From NCBI GenBank assembly GCA_963748825.1, contig CAVVKN010000002.1, positions 1-64,000 of the forward strand: a DNA stretch of 64,000 nt. The letters run 5' to 3'. How positions within the stretch are numbered: the first letter of the stretch is position 1; each line of letters starts with the position of its first letter. This DNA comes from Methanotrichaceae archaeon. Its GTDB lineage: Archaea > Halobacteriota > Methanosarcinia > Methanotrichales > Methanotrichaceae. Of this stretch, positions 41,720-52,674 are shown piece after piece. Below the pieces are notes generated by a model that saw nothing but the letters and a program-made list of their open reading frames with translations, was not told the DNA's origin and did no database searches. Both the position numbers and the translations under genes were made by a program.

Positions 41720-43858
41720 CTATCCGCCTTTCGCCGCCGGAACCTCGTCCACCCCGCAGGCGGCGATCTTCTCGGCAAGCTTTGCCAGCACATCCTTTCT
41801 CATGCCGCCTACGAATTTGATTGATCCCACTACCAGATGCCCGCCTCCGGAGACGCCGCCATTGGGGATCTCCTCCATCAGTTCTTTTACCATTCTAGGA
41901 ATGTTCATTTTTACGGCCTTACTGCGCAGCACGGCAAAGTCCGGGCCGTAGCCAATGGTGACAACGGGCTTTCCGGCATACTTCTTGCAGAGTCGATCGT
42001 GCACCTCGCCACTGGTCTTGCCGGGCGGAGGGAAGGTGAACTTGTGGGCGAAGTTCTCCACATCCAGCACATTCATTATGATGCCATTGGGCAGTTTTGT
42101 GCTCTTCACATTGCCCATGCTGGCCCTCAGTTGCTCGTCAATGGCGGCATTGGCCTGCTCGCACAAAAGCTCCACGATCCTTTGATGCCGATCCAGCCGG
42201 CCCAGGCATAAGATGTCGTTTATCAGCCCCCGCCCGTCATTGAAGCGCTGCCAGAATGCCTCGTAGTCCAGGGCCAGAGCGACCTTCTTCAGGTCCTCCC
42301 GGCTGTACTTGTCCTCGACCAGCTTTATGTAAGCTGCCGCCTCCGGCGCTTCGCTTCTGTCGCCCACGGCTGAAACCGCCGGGAAGTGCTTGATCTTGCT
42401 CTCCACGGCAGGGTAGATCATGCGGGCGATCTCTGTGGCCAGCATGCCCGTGGTCAGCCCGAAGTCGCCGCCTGCGTGCGCGGGATTGACATGAGCGATA
42501 AGATACTGGTCCACGATCTTGTGGGGATGATGGTGATCTACGACCAGCATCTCCATTCCGTAGACCTGAGCCTGGCGCATGGCCGGAACATCCTCTTCCG
42601 TGGAGCCGTTGTCCATCAAAACTATGAGCGGCATCTTCTGGCCGTGCCGGGTCTGATCCTCCAGAGCATAGGTCAGATCCTTTGTCACATCCTCCAGCTC
42701 ATAAAAGGGCGCTTTGCTGGGAGCACGCCGGTAGTTGTGGTACTCGGCATCAGGCCCGCCTACCTCCGTGATGAGCGGCAAGATCGCCATCTCGATGGCT
42801 ACCGCCGCGGTGATGCCGTCGGCATCGGCGTGATGGCGCACCACTATGGGCTGGGACTTGAGAACCGCCCGGCGAATCTCCTTGGCCACTTGCTTCATGG
42901 CCGGCAAGAGCTTTGTCATGATCTCGCTTTTCACCAGAAACTCGGTCTCTGAGGGCTCGGCGCGCCGGTCAATCGCCTGTTCAATCAGGTCCTTGACAGT
43001 GGATGCTTCTCCGCCCCAAAGGCGCTTCATGGACTTGATCTCGACCTGAACCTGATTGTTGCGCAGGCTTACCTCGCCAATGACGCGCACCATCATCTCG
43101 TTGTCAATATCGGCGTAGGCCCGCACACCGGCCCGCTCAAAGGCGGCACAAAAGACCAGCCCGCAATCGTCCGCGATGGTGAAGATGGTCGGGCCCCCCG
43201 TCTGCTTGACCTGGATGACCTCCCCCTTGATCATGATCTGCTTTCCCACCAGCTTTTGCAGATCCGAGGTCTTGGATATTGGAAGCTCCTTTTCCACCTC
43301 AAAAGTGTTGTACTCCTTCAGCTCGGCCGGCTCCAGCTCAATGTTGCCGTTTGCAAGAATATTTCGCACCGTGACGAAGATGCTGTCGCCCACCTCAGGC
43401 TTGCTTTTCAGGTATTTGTTGTGGGCGAGGCCCCTCACGCTCTCGGATAGATCCACAAAGGCCCCAAAGCTGGCCAGGCCATTGACCTTTCCCTGATAAA
43501 TCTCGCCTACAACGACATCTCTGACATCACAAGCAGGATCGAGAATGTGCACGAGCGGCTTTTTGGCACAGCGCTCGCATAGCTCCTTTTTGCTAGTGAG
43601 CTTGGATTTGCACACGACGCACAGGTACTCGCGCCCCAGGCCCTCGCAGGTCGGGCAGCTCTCTGTAACCGGCATCTTGCCCGAGCCCTGGCAGACGCTG
43701 CATTTCGTGGAGCCGCTATCAATAAGCTCCTTCATATCCTTATCCGACGCCTCTCCCAGGGAGATGGATCCGGTCTTTCCGCTGCCACTGCAGTTGGGAC
43801 AGGGCTTCTCTCCTACCACCAGGTAGCCCTTGCCCCGACAAATCTCGCACAGGTTCAT
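41720..43858 (-). CDS. Archaeal RecJ-like DHH phosphoesterase with DnaJ-type Zn finger, S1 and OB domains
   Basis: CxxCxGxG repeats, S1 (FGAFVDL), HHADADG, DNG, DHH and GGGH. Confidence 0.92.
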   Translation of the reverse strand: MNLCEICRGKGYLVVGEKPCPNCSGSGKTGSISLGEASDKDMKELIDSGSTKCSVCQGSGKMPVTESCPTCEGLGREYLCVVCKSKLTSKKELCERCAKKPLVHILDPACDVRDVVVGEIYQGKVNGLASFGAFVDLSESVRGLAHNKYLKSKPEVGDSIFVTVRNILANGNIELEPAELKEYNTFEVEKELPISKTSDLQKLVGKQIMIKGEVIQVKQTGGPTIFTIADDCGLVFCAAFERAGVRAYADIDNEMMVRVIGEVSLRNNQVQVEIKSMKRLWGGEASTVKDLIEQAIDRRAEPSETEFLVKSEIMTKLLPAMKQVAKEIRRAVLKSQPIVVRHHADADGITAAVAIEMAILPLITEVGGPDAEYHNYRRAPSKAPFYELEDVTKDLTYALEDQTRHGQKMPLIVLMDNGSTEEDVPAMRQAQVYGMEMLVVDHHHPHKIVDQYLIAHVNPAHAGGDFGLTTGMLATEIARMIYPAVESKIKHFPAVSAVGDRSEAPEAAAYIKLVEDKYSREDLKKVALALDYEAFWQRFNDGRGLINDILCLGRLDRHQRIVELLCEQANAAIDEQLRASMGNVKSTKLPNGIIMNVLDVENFAHKFTFPPPGKTSGEVHDRLCKKYAGKPVVTIGYGPDFAVLRSKAVKMNIPRMVKELMEEIPNGGVSGGGHLVVGSIKFVGGMRKDVLAKLAEKIAACGVDEVPAAKGG

Positions 43859-43967
43859 CCTGGAGATTGACGCACCTTTGGAATTTAGCTATTTTGCAAG
43901 GGTCCGGCTACGGCGCAAAAAAAGCAAGCCAATTAAGACTAAATAAGATGCCAGCCCTCCCGTGGGC

Positions 43968-44510
43968 ATGCGAGTCGTGGTTTTACGCATCGGCCACCGG
44001 CCGGAGAGAGACAAGAGGATCACCACCCACGTGGGCCTGGTGGCCAGGGCCTTCGGAGCGGAAGAGATGCTCCTCTCCGGGCGCGACTCTCACGTAGAAG
44101 AGAGCCTGGCTGATGTGGCAGAGCGCTGGGGAGGAGGCTTTCGTCTCCAGTCGGATGTCTCCTGGAAGGGAGAGACGGTGCGCTGGAAGGAGGCGGGAGG
44201 AAAGGTGGTTCACCTCACCATGTACGGCTCCAACCTGCCCGATGTGATCGACGAGATTCGCGAATGTGAGAACATCCTGGTAGCTGTGGGTGCAGAAAAG
44301 GTTCCGGCCGAGATGTACGATCTGGCGGACTGGAATGTGGCCGTGGGCAACCAGCCCCATTCCGAGGTGGCGGCACTGGCGGTCTTCCTGGATCGGCTCT
44401 TTATGGGTCGGGAGCTTCATGATGCATTTGAGGGCGGCCTTAAGATTGTGCCCTCTCCACACGGAAAACAGGTCTTGTATCCGGAATACTGCCCGGAAAA
44501 AGAAAAGTGA
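43968..44510 (+). CDS. trm56: tRNA (cytidine56-2'-O)-methyltransferase
   Basis: LRIGHRPERDKRITTHV, VHLTMYG, GAEKVP and NQPHSEVAAL. Confidence 0.96.
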   Translation: MRVVVLRIGHRPERDKRITTHVGLVARAFGAEEMLLSGRDSHVEESLADVAERWGGGFRLQSDVSWKGETVRWKEAGGKVVHLTMYGSNLPDVIDEIRECENILVAVGAEKVPAEMYDLADWNVAVGNQPHSEVAALAVFLDRLFMGRELHDAFEGGLKIVPSPHGKQVLYPEYCPEKEK

Positions 44511-44516
44511 AACTCT

Positions 44517-45587
44517 ATGAGAATATTAGTAATAGGCATCAACATCAGACACATTGCCCGTTCCGCCAGCTTGGCCGGCCATGAGGTCTTCGCGGTCGAT
44601 TGTTACTGCGATGTGGACCTGGCCAGATGGGCAAAAGAGACGGCTAAAATGCCTCGCGAAGGGGCAAAAGAGCGTCTCCCGTTTTATGTGGAAAAGTTTC
44701 GCCCTGATGCGGTTGTCTTGGGGCCTGGCCTGGAAGAAGCATCCGTCCAGGGAGTGCCTGTGCTCAATAACCCGCCAAAAAAAACGGCTCAGGTCTCAGA
44801 TAAGCTCTGGCTGGCTCGTTGGCTGGAAGAGATGGGCTTTCCCTTCATAAAGACAAAGCCCTTCGCGATCAGGGATCGCCTGAGCTTTCCCTTTCTAGTC
44901 AAGCCGCGCAAGGGCGCTGGAGGCGTGGGATGCAGAGTTGTAAGCTCCTCCTCCGAACTAAAATGGGAAGAGGGCCTAATCGCCCAGGAGCTGATCATTG
45001 GCCGGCCCGCCAGCGTCTCGGTCATTGGGAACGGTCGCGAGGCGCGCGCCATCGCCGTCAACGAGCAGCTCATCGGCGTGCCCTGGGCTGGGGCGAAAGG
45101 ATTCAGGTACAGCGGGAACATCACGCCCCTCGAACCTCCGCAGTACGAGATAGGGCAGATGGCGGAAGAGATTATCGCGAAGCTGGGTCTCGTGGGCAGC
45201 AATGGAGTTGATTTTTTGCTCACCGAAAAAGGTCCCGTGGTGGTCGAGGTCAATAGCCGCTTTCAGGGCAGCCTGGATACTGTGGAATTGTCCGGCGGAG
45301 ACAATGTCTTCCAGGCTCATCTGCAATCCTTTTTGGGAAGGTTGCCAAGGCTGCCTGCTCCAACTAGTTGCACAGCAGGCAGAATCATAGTCTATGCCCC
45401 CTGCGATCTGACCATTGAGGCGGAACTGGTCAGAGACTGGACGGCAGATGTGCCTGGGAAGGGATCGCGAATAGCCGCAGACGATCCAATCCTGTCCATA
45501 TTGGCCCTGGGATCAAGCAGAGACGAGGTAATAGCCCGGCTAAAGACGAGAGCGGCAATTCTAGGCGAGATAATAAAAACAAAATGA
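44517..45587 (+). CDS. ATP-grasp domain protein
   Basis: VKPRKGAGG, QELIIG, GSNGVDF and EVNSRFQG. Confidence 0.88.
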   Translation: MRILVIGINIRHIARSASLAGHEVFAVDCYCDVDLARWAKETAKMPREGAKERLPFYVEKFRPDAVVLGPGLEEASVQGVPVLNNPPKKTAQVSDKLWLARWLEEMGFPFIKTKPFAIRDRLSFPFLVKPRKGAGGVGCRVVSSSSELKWEEGLIAQELIIGRPASVSVIGNGREARAIAVNEQLIGVPWAGAKGFRYSGNITPLEPPQYEIGQMAEEIIAKLGLVGSNGVDFLLTEKGPVVVEVNSRFQGSLDTVELSGGDNVFQAHLQSFLGRLPRLPAPTSCTAGRIIVYAPCDLTIEAELVRDWTADVPGKGSRIAADDPILSILALGSSRDEVIARLKTRAAILGEIIKTK

Positions 45588-45894
45588 TCGATTACCAGGA
45601 TACTACCCTGTAGAGCCAGTTGCTGACCAGTGTCCAGACCTTGACAAAGCCTGAGCCTTTCTCCAGCTTTTTTTTGTCATTTTCGCTATACTTTTTTCCA
45701 TCCTTCATCCACGAGTCCATGATATAGGATTATTTCTCGTTTGAATTTAACAATGTCGGTCTACAGCGATAGTGCCATTGGAGCCAGGAGGGCTAGGAAT
45801 AGCCGTTCCGGCATCAGTATAAAAAGATGATGCTTGATAAAGATAATATAACATAAGGGGGAAGGTACTGGTAGAGAGAAATGTTGGGGATTAA

Positions 45895-46443
45895 ATGAAG
45901 TCACCGGAAAGAATTACCATCGCTTTAGACGAAGAGACTGCTGGCCTGTTCAAGAAGATGAAGGAAGACCTGGGCATGTCCCAGAGCGAGCTGATGCGAG
46001 AATCCCTGAAGTTCTTTGGCAAACACAAGATGCTCTTTGACTTCGCCGAGGACAAGAAGGTTTACACCCATGCGGAAATGCTCTCAGCAGGCGAGCATGT
46101 AATCCTGGATATCGATCACTGGATAATGTTTCTAAGCTTCATTGAAACTCATCCGGACAAGGAAAAGTTCTGGAATATGCATAAAGAGGTCTGCCAGGCT
46201 CATGCCGAGCAGTTCAAACACAAGCTCTTCAATGCGGAGAGCATCTTGAAAAGACTTGAGATCTGCAACCTCTTTAATATGAGCAAGACAGGCAAGAATG
46301 AGTTCACTCTCATCTTCGGCTCGAATGCGCCCAAGAAATTCGTGCGCATTGAGCTGGAGGAGATCTTTGCCGGCATGGGCTTCCTGGTTGAGATCAAAGA
46401 TGACTTCTCAAAGCTGAGGATCAAGGTAATTCATGATCTTTAG
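45895..46443 (+). CDS. Ribbon-helix-helix (CopG-like) transcriptional regulator
   Basis: RITIALDEE...SQSELMRESL. Confidence 0.8.
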   Translation: MKSPERITIALDEETAGLFKKMKEDLGMSQSELMRESLKFFGKHKMLFDFAEDKKVYTHAEMLSAGEHVILDIDHWIMFLSFIETHPDKEKFWNMHKEVCQAHAEQFKHKLFNAESILKRLEICNLFNMSKTGKNEFTLIFGSNAPKKFVRIELEEIFAGMGFLVEIKDDFSKLRIKVIHDL

Positions 46444-46463
46444 CACCATTACGAATTTATGGA

Positions 46464-46967
46464 ATGAATAAAACAGCACCATCCATGGATCTCAAAGCCC
46501 ATGTACAGGGATTCATGGCCAAAAGAGAGGTGCAGCTTAGCGATGAGCTGGCCGAAAAGTACGGCGTTCCTCCCGAGGAAGTAGCCGGTGTGGTAAATTC
46601 CTTTTTGAAGGATACCTACGGACCGGCGATAAGGCTGGCCCAGGACATTGATGGCAAAGAGGGGGTAGTGCTTCTCTTTATCGGCAGAAAAGACTGCAAC
46701 ATCTGCAGGAGAAGCGAGCCGATTCTAGAGAGCTTTCTGTCTTGTCACAAGAATTTAGAGCTGGTAAAACTGGACTATTCCCAGCCTTCTGGCCTGCTCT
46801 ACCATATGATTCATGGCCGGGAGAATGGCATGCTCCCTTTGATTGCTTTTATCTTTCGGGGAGCCATAAGGATGATCTTTACCGGAGAGTGCCTTCACAA
46901 TGAAGTTTATGAAAAATATTATAATGACGTGCTAGCAGAATGCAGCCAAAATATATATGCTCACTGA
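46464..46967 (+). CDS. Thioredoxin-fold protein
   Basis: CNIC motif followed by LP in a thioredoxin-like arrangement. Confidence 0.7.
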   Translation: MNKTAPSMDLKAHVQGFMAKREVQLSDELAEKYGVPPEEVAGVVNSFLKDTYGPAIRLAQDIDGKEGVVLLFIGRKDCNICRRSEPILESFLSCHKNLELVKLDYSQPSGLLYHMIHGRENGMLPLIAFIFRGAIRMIFTGECLHNEVYEKYYNDVLAECSQNIYAH

Positions 46968-46994
46968 GATTACAGAAGTGCTGCGAGGGAGATT

Positions 46995-47663
46995 ATGACC
47001 ATAATCGTGCTCAACTTCAAGACCTATCGTGAATCGACCGGCCCGGAGGCTCTACGCTTGGCGGAGATATGCGAGGACATTTCCCAGGATTATTCTGTGC
47101 AAATAGTGGTAGTGCCCCAGGTAGCCGATATCCAGATCATCTCTAAGGCCGTAAAGATACCAGTCTATGCTCAGCATGTGGACGGTGTGGGATATGGCGG
47201 CTTTACGGGCCATGTGACTGCCGCGTCTTTGAAAGCTGCGGGAGCGGCCGGATCTCTCATCAACCACTCCGAGCGAAGGCTCAAGCTGGCTGATATTGAG
47301 GCCTCCATTTCTGCCTGTCGTCAGGCCGGCATAAAAACAATAGTCTGTACCAACAACGTGGCCACAACACGTGCCTCGGCCGCACTGGAGCCGGATTATG
47401 TGGCGGTAGAGCCGCCCGAGCTAATCGGCAGCGGCATTCCCGTATCCAAGGCGAATCCACAGGTCATTTCTCTGTCCGTTGATGCCGTCAAACGCATCGC
47501 ACCGGAGGTAGGTGTGCTCTGCGGGGCGGGAATAACACACGGCGAGGATCTGAGAAGCGCGCTGGAGCTAGGATCGGTTGGGGTCTTGCTAGCTTCCGGA
47601 ATTATCAAGGCAAAAGACCAGCGCAAGGCTTTAGAAGATCTGGTGACGGGAGCTAGGAAATGA
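46995..47663 (+). CDS. tpiA: Triosephosphate isomerase (archaeal type)
   Basis: NFKTY, INHSERR, AVEPPELIG and GVLLASG. Confidence 0.97.
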   Translation: MTIIVLNFKTYRESTGPEALRLAEICEDISQDYSVQIVVVPQVADIQIISKAVKIPVYAQHVDGVGYGGFTGHVTAASLKAAGAAGSLINHSERRLKLADIEASISACRQAGIKTIVCTNNVATTRASAALEPDYVAVEPPELIGSGIPVSKANPQVISLSVDAVKRIAPEVGVLCGAGITHGEDLRSALELGSVGVLLASGIIKAKDQRKALEDLVTGARK

Positions 47664-47926
47664 TAGCGGTGCACGTTCGTGTCTCAGGCCGAGTGCAGGG
47701 CGTTTTCTATCGCGCCTTTACCCAAGAGCGGGCACGGGCTCTGGGGGTAAAAGGCTTTGTGAGAAACATTCCTGGCGGAGGAGTGGAAGCTGTGTTGGAG
47801 GGAGAGAGAAAGCAAGTTGGCGAGCTGCTCAAAGCCATGAAGTCGGGACCTACTGGAGCCATAATCCTGGGAATGGAGTTCTCCGAGCTGGAAAGCAAAG
47901 GGTACGAGGATTTTGAAATAGAATAG
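47660..47926 (+). CDS. acyP: Acylphosphatase
   Basis: VSGRVQGVFYR and GFVRN. Confidence 0.93.
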   Translation: MIAVHVRVSGRVQGVFYRAFTQERARALGVKGFVRNIPGGGVEAVLEGERKQVGELLKAMKSGPTGAIILGMEFSELESKGYEDFEIE

Positions 47927-47937
47927 GATGTGATCTC

Positions 47938-48108
47938 ATGCTTACCATCAACAGATACAAATGCTGCTACTGTGGTGCCTGCGTCGGAGTCTGCCCGACA
48001 TGTGCCCTGGAGCTTGTGGAGACCTGGCTCGAGGTCTCGGCAGAGTGTAAGGAGTGCAGCCTGTGCACCAAGATATGCCCCGTGGGGGCCCTGGAGGTCA
48101 AGGCATGA
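47938..48108 (+). CDS. 2[4Fe-4S] ferredoxin (56 aa; absent from the ORF track)
   Basis: Manual translation MLTINRYKCCYCGACVGVCPTCALELVETWLEVSAECKECSLCTKICPVGALEVKA; ATGA overlap with the next gene. Confidence 0.92.
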   Translation: MLTINRYKCCYCGACVGVCPTCALELVETWLEVSAECKECSLCTKICPVGALEVKA

Positions 48109-49280
48109 AGTGCGACTTGATTGTGGTAGGTGGGGGCCCCGGCGGATCTATGGCCGCAAAGACGGCCGCCTTGGCTGGCCTCAAGGTAGTCATGCTGGAG
48201 AAACGCCAGGAGATCGGTGATCCTGTGCGCTGCGCGGAGGGCGTCAGCAAGAGGGCCTTATGCCGCATGATGAAGCCCGAGCCGGAATGGATATCCTCCG
48301 AGGTAAAGGGTGCCAGAATCTATGCTCCGGACGGAAAAAGCATAGTCATGTCCGAGGACAAGAGCGGCGGCGAGGTGGGCTACGTCCTGGAGAGAAAGGT
48401 CTTCGATCGAGGCCTTGCCATGCAGGCTGCCCAGGCGGGGGCAACGGTTCTGGTCAAGACCAGAGCTTTGGGTCTGCTAAGGAAGGATAAAGCAATCTGT
48501 GGAGTTTCGTGCTTACGCATTGGTGAGCCCCTGCAGATCGAGGCGCCCCTCATCATCGGTGCGGACGGTGTGGAGTCCAAGGTGGGACGCTGGGCGGGCA
48601 TTGACACTACATTGAAGTTGCAGGATATCGAATCTTGCGCCCAGTTCCTGGTGCATGATGCATCTATTGATGATGAATACACAGAGTTCTTTTTGGGAAA
48701 CAGCATCGCTCCCTCAGGATACGCCTGGTCGTTTCCCAAGGGTAATAAGCTAGCCAACATCGGCCTGGGAATTCAGGGCTCCCGGTCCAAGCCCGGCGAA
48801 GCAATGCGTCTGCTACGGCAGTTCATGAGGACCCGCTTTCCCAATGGCAAGGTGGTGGAGATGGTAGTGGGAGGAGACCCCTGTTCCGGGCCCATCGACT
48901 CTGCAATTGCGGACGGTGTGATGCTGGTGGGTGATGCGGCTCATCAGACCGATCCGCTCACGGGAGGAGGCATTCTCAATGCCATGCAGGCGGGAATCAT
49001 CGCTGGTGAGGTAGCAGCAAAGGCCATAGCTGCAGGCAATGTCCGCCGGTCCGGGCTGCAAGAGTATGAAGACCGCTGGCGAGACGATTTTGGTAAGGTT
49101 ATAGCCCGGAGCTTCCAGTTCAAAGAGTTCTTCGTCAAGCTTACTGATAACGACCTAAACCAGCTCATCGGATCTCTGGCCAAGGAGGACATAACCAAGA
49201 TGGACCTGCCCGGCATGCTGCGCGTTCTCTTCCGGCTCAACCCCAAACTGCTTTGGGGGCTAAAAAGCATGATAGTTTAG
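48105..49280 (+). CDS. Digeranylgeranylglycerophospholipid reductase (GGR family)
   Basis: GGGPGG, PVRCAEG, PSGYAWSFP and GDAA...PLTGGGI; coupled to the ferredoxin. Confidence 0.92.
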   Translation: MKCDLIVVGGGPGGSMAAKTAALAGLKVVMLEKRQEIGDPVRCAEGVSKRALCRMMKPEPEWISSEVKGARIYAPDGKSIVMSEDKSGGEVGYVLERKVFDRGLAMQAAQAGATVLVKTRALGLLRKDKAICGVSCLRIGEPLQIEAPLIIGADGVESKVGRWAGIDTTLKLQDIESCAQFLVHDASIDDEYTEFFLGNSIAPSGYAWSFPKGNKLANIGLGIQGSRSKPGEAMRLLRQFMRTRFPNGKVVEMVVGGDPCSGPIDSAIADGVMLVGDAAHQTDPLTGGGILNAMQAGIIAGEVAAKAIAAGNVRRSGLQEYEDRWRDDFGKVIARSFQFKEFFVKLTDNDLNQLIGSLAKEDITKMDLPGMLRVLFRLNPKLLWGLKSMIV

Positions 49281-49356
49281 CTCTTTGGTCTTAGGGGAGA
49301 ATAGTTCACGATTATTCTCTCCTAAAGGGGCTTCTTGTCTTTGCGCTTTGCCTCAT

Positions 49357-49905
49357 CTACACCAGAACCGATGAGCCGTCCTCTCTCTTGGGCAGCCGAT
49401 CCATATCGAAAATTACCACTATTTTCTCCTTATCTGCATCAATAGCTGCCACACCCATGTGGAAGATGTAGCGCATCGTCCGCCGTCCGTCCGGAATCTG
49501 CAGTTTGTGCTCCCGGCGCAGGATAATGGCGCTGGCCGTCTGGAGAGAGGGGGCGCTTTGCAGGAATAAGAGGCCGGGCAGGTTGAGGCGATGGTGGCTC
49601 GTTGTTGGATATTTCTCGCCAATCAACTCGCCCAGCTCTTCGCGACGAATCATCACTTCCTTCTCGCCGCTATTCACGACAATCTGGCTCTCGTCTGCAT
49701 GCACCTGGTCGATGTGAGAATGGAGTGCATAGAGCACGTAGCTGTCCCCGCGTCCCTTGTTTTCCGGGGGTAGAAGGGCTTCCAGCTTCTTCATAAAGGG
49801 TCGCAGAAGAGGACTGGTCCCGGCAAAGAGAGCCCCGGGGAGGTTTTCAACCTCGGTCCTGGCCAGCTCATTGAGGTCCTTCTCGCGGACCATTATGGAT
49901 ATCAT
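49357..49905 (-). CDS. Conserved hypothetical protein
   Basis: Globular ORF; start uncertain. Confidence 0.7.
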   Translation of the reverse strand: MISIMVREKDLNELARTEVENLPGALFAGTSPLLRPFMKKLEALLPPENKGRGDSYVLYALHSHIDQVHADESQIVVNSGEKEVMIRREELGELIGEKYPTTSHHRLNLPGLLFLQSAPSLQTASAIILRREHKLQIPDGRRTMRYIFHMGVAAIDADKEKIVVIFDMDRLPKREDGSSVLV

Positions 49906-50321
49906 GATGATACATTCGCCTGCTGGGAAATATATCTTGCTCAAGTCCCGGGGGCTATCTCATTTGAGGTGATCCAGCTACATGCAATCTGCATTCTACA
50001 TCACTTTTTCTTTATAAATAATCTAACAATTGAATACATATCTATTCTCTTTAAATTAATCATTTAATCTCATGTGGTGATATGATCCGTAAAAGGCAGG
50101 CAAAATCACCCTGGCTGTGCAACTCCATTAGTGGGCGTTTGGAAATTGCCACAAATATAAAATCTCAACTCACTACATTCGTGGCTGCAAAGTCATCTAA
50201 ATGTAAATGCCACTTGCTTTTTAAGTTATTATCTAAAGTATTAGTCTAATTAAGTAAAATTAAAGACATTCCCTTTCAAAACAAATTATTTATATCATTA
50301 AGTATTTGTGACAAGAAAAAT

Positions 50322-50711
50322 ATGGTGACGATTATGAAAGAGTCCACCGTAAAGATCCTGGATGACAAGGACATGGAATTTGTCGAAACGCTTCGATCCC
50401 TGAGCGTTCCGCGCAACGTTGCAACGCTCATAACCTTTCTGGCTAATGTGGATGAAGCCTCATCTCGCGAAATAGAGATGGGCTCTGACCTCCGGCAGCC
50501 GGAAGTGAGCATTGCCATGCGCACTCTGCGTGACAATAATTGGATAGAAGAGAAAGAAATCAAGCGCGAAGGCAAAGGCAGACCAATGAAGGTCTACTCG
50601 CTAAAAGCGGGCATTGATGCAATCATAAAGCATTTCGAGGAGGAGAAGCTGAATGAGTCTGCCCAGGCTATGGAGAGCATCCAGAGGCTAAAGCAACTCA
50701 TAGCAACCTAG
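50322..50711 (+). CDS. Archaeal winged-HTH transcriptional regulator
   Basis: SREIE..SDLRQPEVSIAM and GKGRPMKVY. Confidence 0.88.
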   Translation: MVTIMKESTVKILDDKDMEFVETLRSLSVPRNVATLITFLANVDEASSREIEMGSDLRQPEVSIAMRTLRDNNWIEEKEIKREGKGRPMKVYSLKAGIDAIIKHFEEEKLNESAQAMESIQRLKQLIAT

Positions 50712-50743
50712 ATAAAAAAACCGGGAGGGGAGCGGGCCTAAAA

Positions 50744-50989
50744 CTAACAGGAGGGACTGACAAGTACCTCCACCTCGATTTTTGCAGCAATATTGCGGCC
50801 TAATGATATCTTCGAACCGTTTATCTCAATTACTACCGGCCCGCCAAAGGGCTGAGAGGCAATTTTGCGGATGTGCTTTCCTTTTCGTATGCCCATGGAC
50901 TCAAACCTCTTCTCCCAACTGGCATCACTAACTGCCGTGACTTCCAGGGTCTGATTGCAGGGCGCCTTGGTAATATCTATGTACTCCAT
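50744..50989 (-). CDS. feoA: FeoA family protein
   Basis: RFESMGIRKG, QPFGGPVVI and SLGRNIAAKIEV. Confidence 0.85.
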   Translation of the reverse strand: MEYIDITKAPCNQTLEVTAVSDASWEKRFESMGIRKGKHIRKIASQPFGGPVVIEINGSKISLGRNIAAKIEVEVLVSPSC

Positions 50990-51078
50990 TTCTGATATTT
51001 CCTCTCCGTTCGACTGTTTTCTAGCTCTTCGTCCAATCCCGCTCCTTTGGATAAACCTTACGCAGCTATGAGAATGAC

Positions 51079-51891
51079 TCAGATGCGCACGTTCACACCC
51101 CTCTCGTTGAGGTATGTCTTCACGTTTCGGATATTCCACTCTCCGAAGTGAAAGATGCTCGCAGCCAGCGCAGCCGACGCATCGGTCTTCTTGAATACCT
51201 CCAGCATGTGATCAGGGCTGGCGCAGCCTCCCGAGGCGATCACAGGCACTTTTACCCTTTTGGCCACAGTGCCTGTGAGGGGGATGTCGAAGCCATCATA
51301 GGTCCCATCCCGGTCCATGCTGGTGAGAAGAATCTCCCCTGCCCCCAAGGATACCGCTCTGCTTGCCCAGGCGATGGCGTCAATACCTGTAAACTGCCTG
51401 CCCCCATAAAAGGAGCATTCAAACCAGCAGGGGCCTTGCTCGGTCTCTACGATCTGCCTGCCTTCTTCTAGGGTGTAGCGCCGCTTGGCATCAATAGCCA
51501 ATACGACGGCCTGATTTCCATATCGATCGGATATCTCGCTGATTAGCTCAGGACGTTTTAGTGCGGAGGTGTTCACAGTGATCTTGTCTGCCCCGGCATT
51601 GAAGACCTCTCTTGCCTGCTCCACGCTATTTATGCCGCCGCCTACGGCTAAAGGCACAAAGACCGATCGCGAGGTCTTTTTAATGACGCTCGTCATGGTC
51701 TCCCGTCGCTCGTGAGATGCCGTGATGTCCAAAAAGACGATCTCATCGGCACCGTCCTCATAGTATTGGCCGGCCAGCTCCCAAGGAACACCAGCATATC
51801 TTATCTGCTTGAACTCGATGCCCTTGACTACTCGCCCTCCCGGCACACCCAGGTCGCAGTCCAAACAGGGAATGATCCTTCTCGCTAACAT
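51079..51891 (-). CDS. hisF: Imidazole glycerol phosphate synthase cyclase subunit
   Basis: [27 protein letters not shown] and VIASGG. Confidence 0.97.
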   Translation of the reverse strand: MLARRIIPCLDCDLGVPGGRVVKGIEFKQIRYAGVPWELAGQYYEDGADEIVFLDITASHERRETMTSVIKKTSRSVFVPLAVGGGINSVEQAREVFNAGADKITVNTSALKRPELISEISDRYGNQAVVLAIDAKRRYTLEEGRQIVETEQGPCWFECSFYGGRQFTGIDAIAWASRAVSLGAGEILLTSMDRDGTYDGFDIPLTGTVAKRVKVPVIASGGCASPDHMLEVFKKTDASAALAASIFHFGEWNIRNVKTYLNERGVNVRI

Positions 51892-52490
51892 CGTATGGAC
51901 CTCACAAAGTTCTCCAGGATTCTCAGGCCCTTGGCGCCCGACTTTTCGGGGTGAAACTGGGTGGCAAAGAGGTTATCTTTGCTTACAGCAGCCGTCACTT
52001 CCACCCCGTGCTCCGTGGTGGCGGCAATCACAGACCTGTCTTTTGGCAGGCCATAGTAGGAATGCACAAAATAGAACATGTCTCCATCAGAGATTCCATC
52101 CAGCATCTCCACAGGACGCTTGATGGAAAGGCCGTTCCAGCCCATCTGGGGAATCATCACGCCATCAGGCAGGCGCACCACTTTGCCGCCTATCCAGCCT
52201 AGGCCCGCAGCGCCGGGACTCTCTTCGCTCTCCTCGAAGAGCACCTGCATGCCAACGCAAATGCCGAGCATCGGTTTCCCTTCCCTGAAGTTCCGTAAAA
52301 GCGAGCTTTCGAATCGGGAGAGCTGACTCATGCAGCTTCCAAAGGCGCCCACCCCCGGAACTACTATGCCGTCTGCACCGTCCAGGCCCTCCGGATCGCG
52401 AACGATTCTGGGATTTCCTCCCACATAGTCCAGGGCGTTGTAGATGGAAAACAGGTTTCCCATACCGTAATCTACTATGACTATTGCCAT
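51885..52490 (-). CDS. hisH: Imidazole glycerol phosphate synthase glutaminase subunit
   Basis: [15 protein letters not shown] and QFHPEKS. Confidence 0.97.
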   Translation of the reverse strand: MAIVIVDYGMGNLFSIYNALDYVGGNPRIVRDPEGLDGADGIVVPGVGAFGSCMSQLSRFESSLLRNFREGKPMLGICVGMQVLFEESEESPGAAGLGWIGGKVVRLPDGVMIPQMGWNGLSIKRPVEMLDGISDGDMFYFVHSYYGLPKDRSVIAATTEHGVEVTAAVSKDNLFATQFHPEKSGAKGLRILENFVRSIRC

Positions 52491-52660
52491 CTTTGTTATC
52501 CTTCTTTCACCAGCTATTTTAGATATCTCTATTTACGATCTTTGCATCACACCAGCCGGGAAAAGATCGTCATTCTTCTTGTCGCCTCTTTGGCGGGATG
52601 CTATTCTGTCCAGGCACAATTTTTCGGGAAATCAACTATATCGCTTTTGGTAGGCCCGCC

Positions 52661-52674
52661 GGAAAAGCTTTTCC
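52661..52674. promoter_or_regulatory. GGAA-N6-TTCC palindrome (NrpR-operator-like)
   Basis: GGAAAAGCTTTTCC between the divergent hisH and glutamate synthase-like genes. Confidence 0.45.
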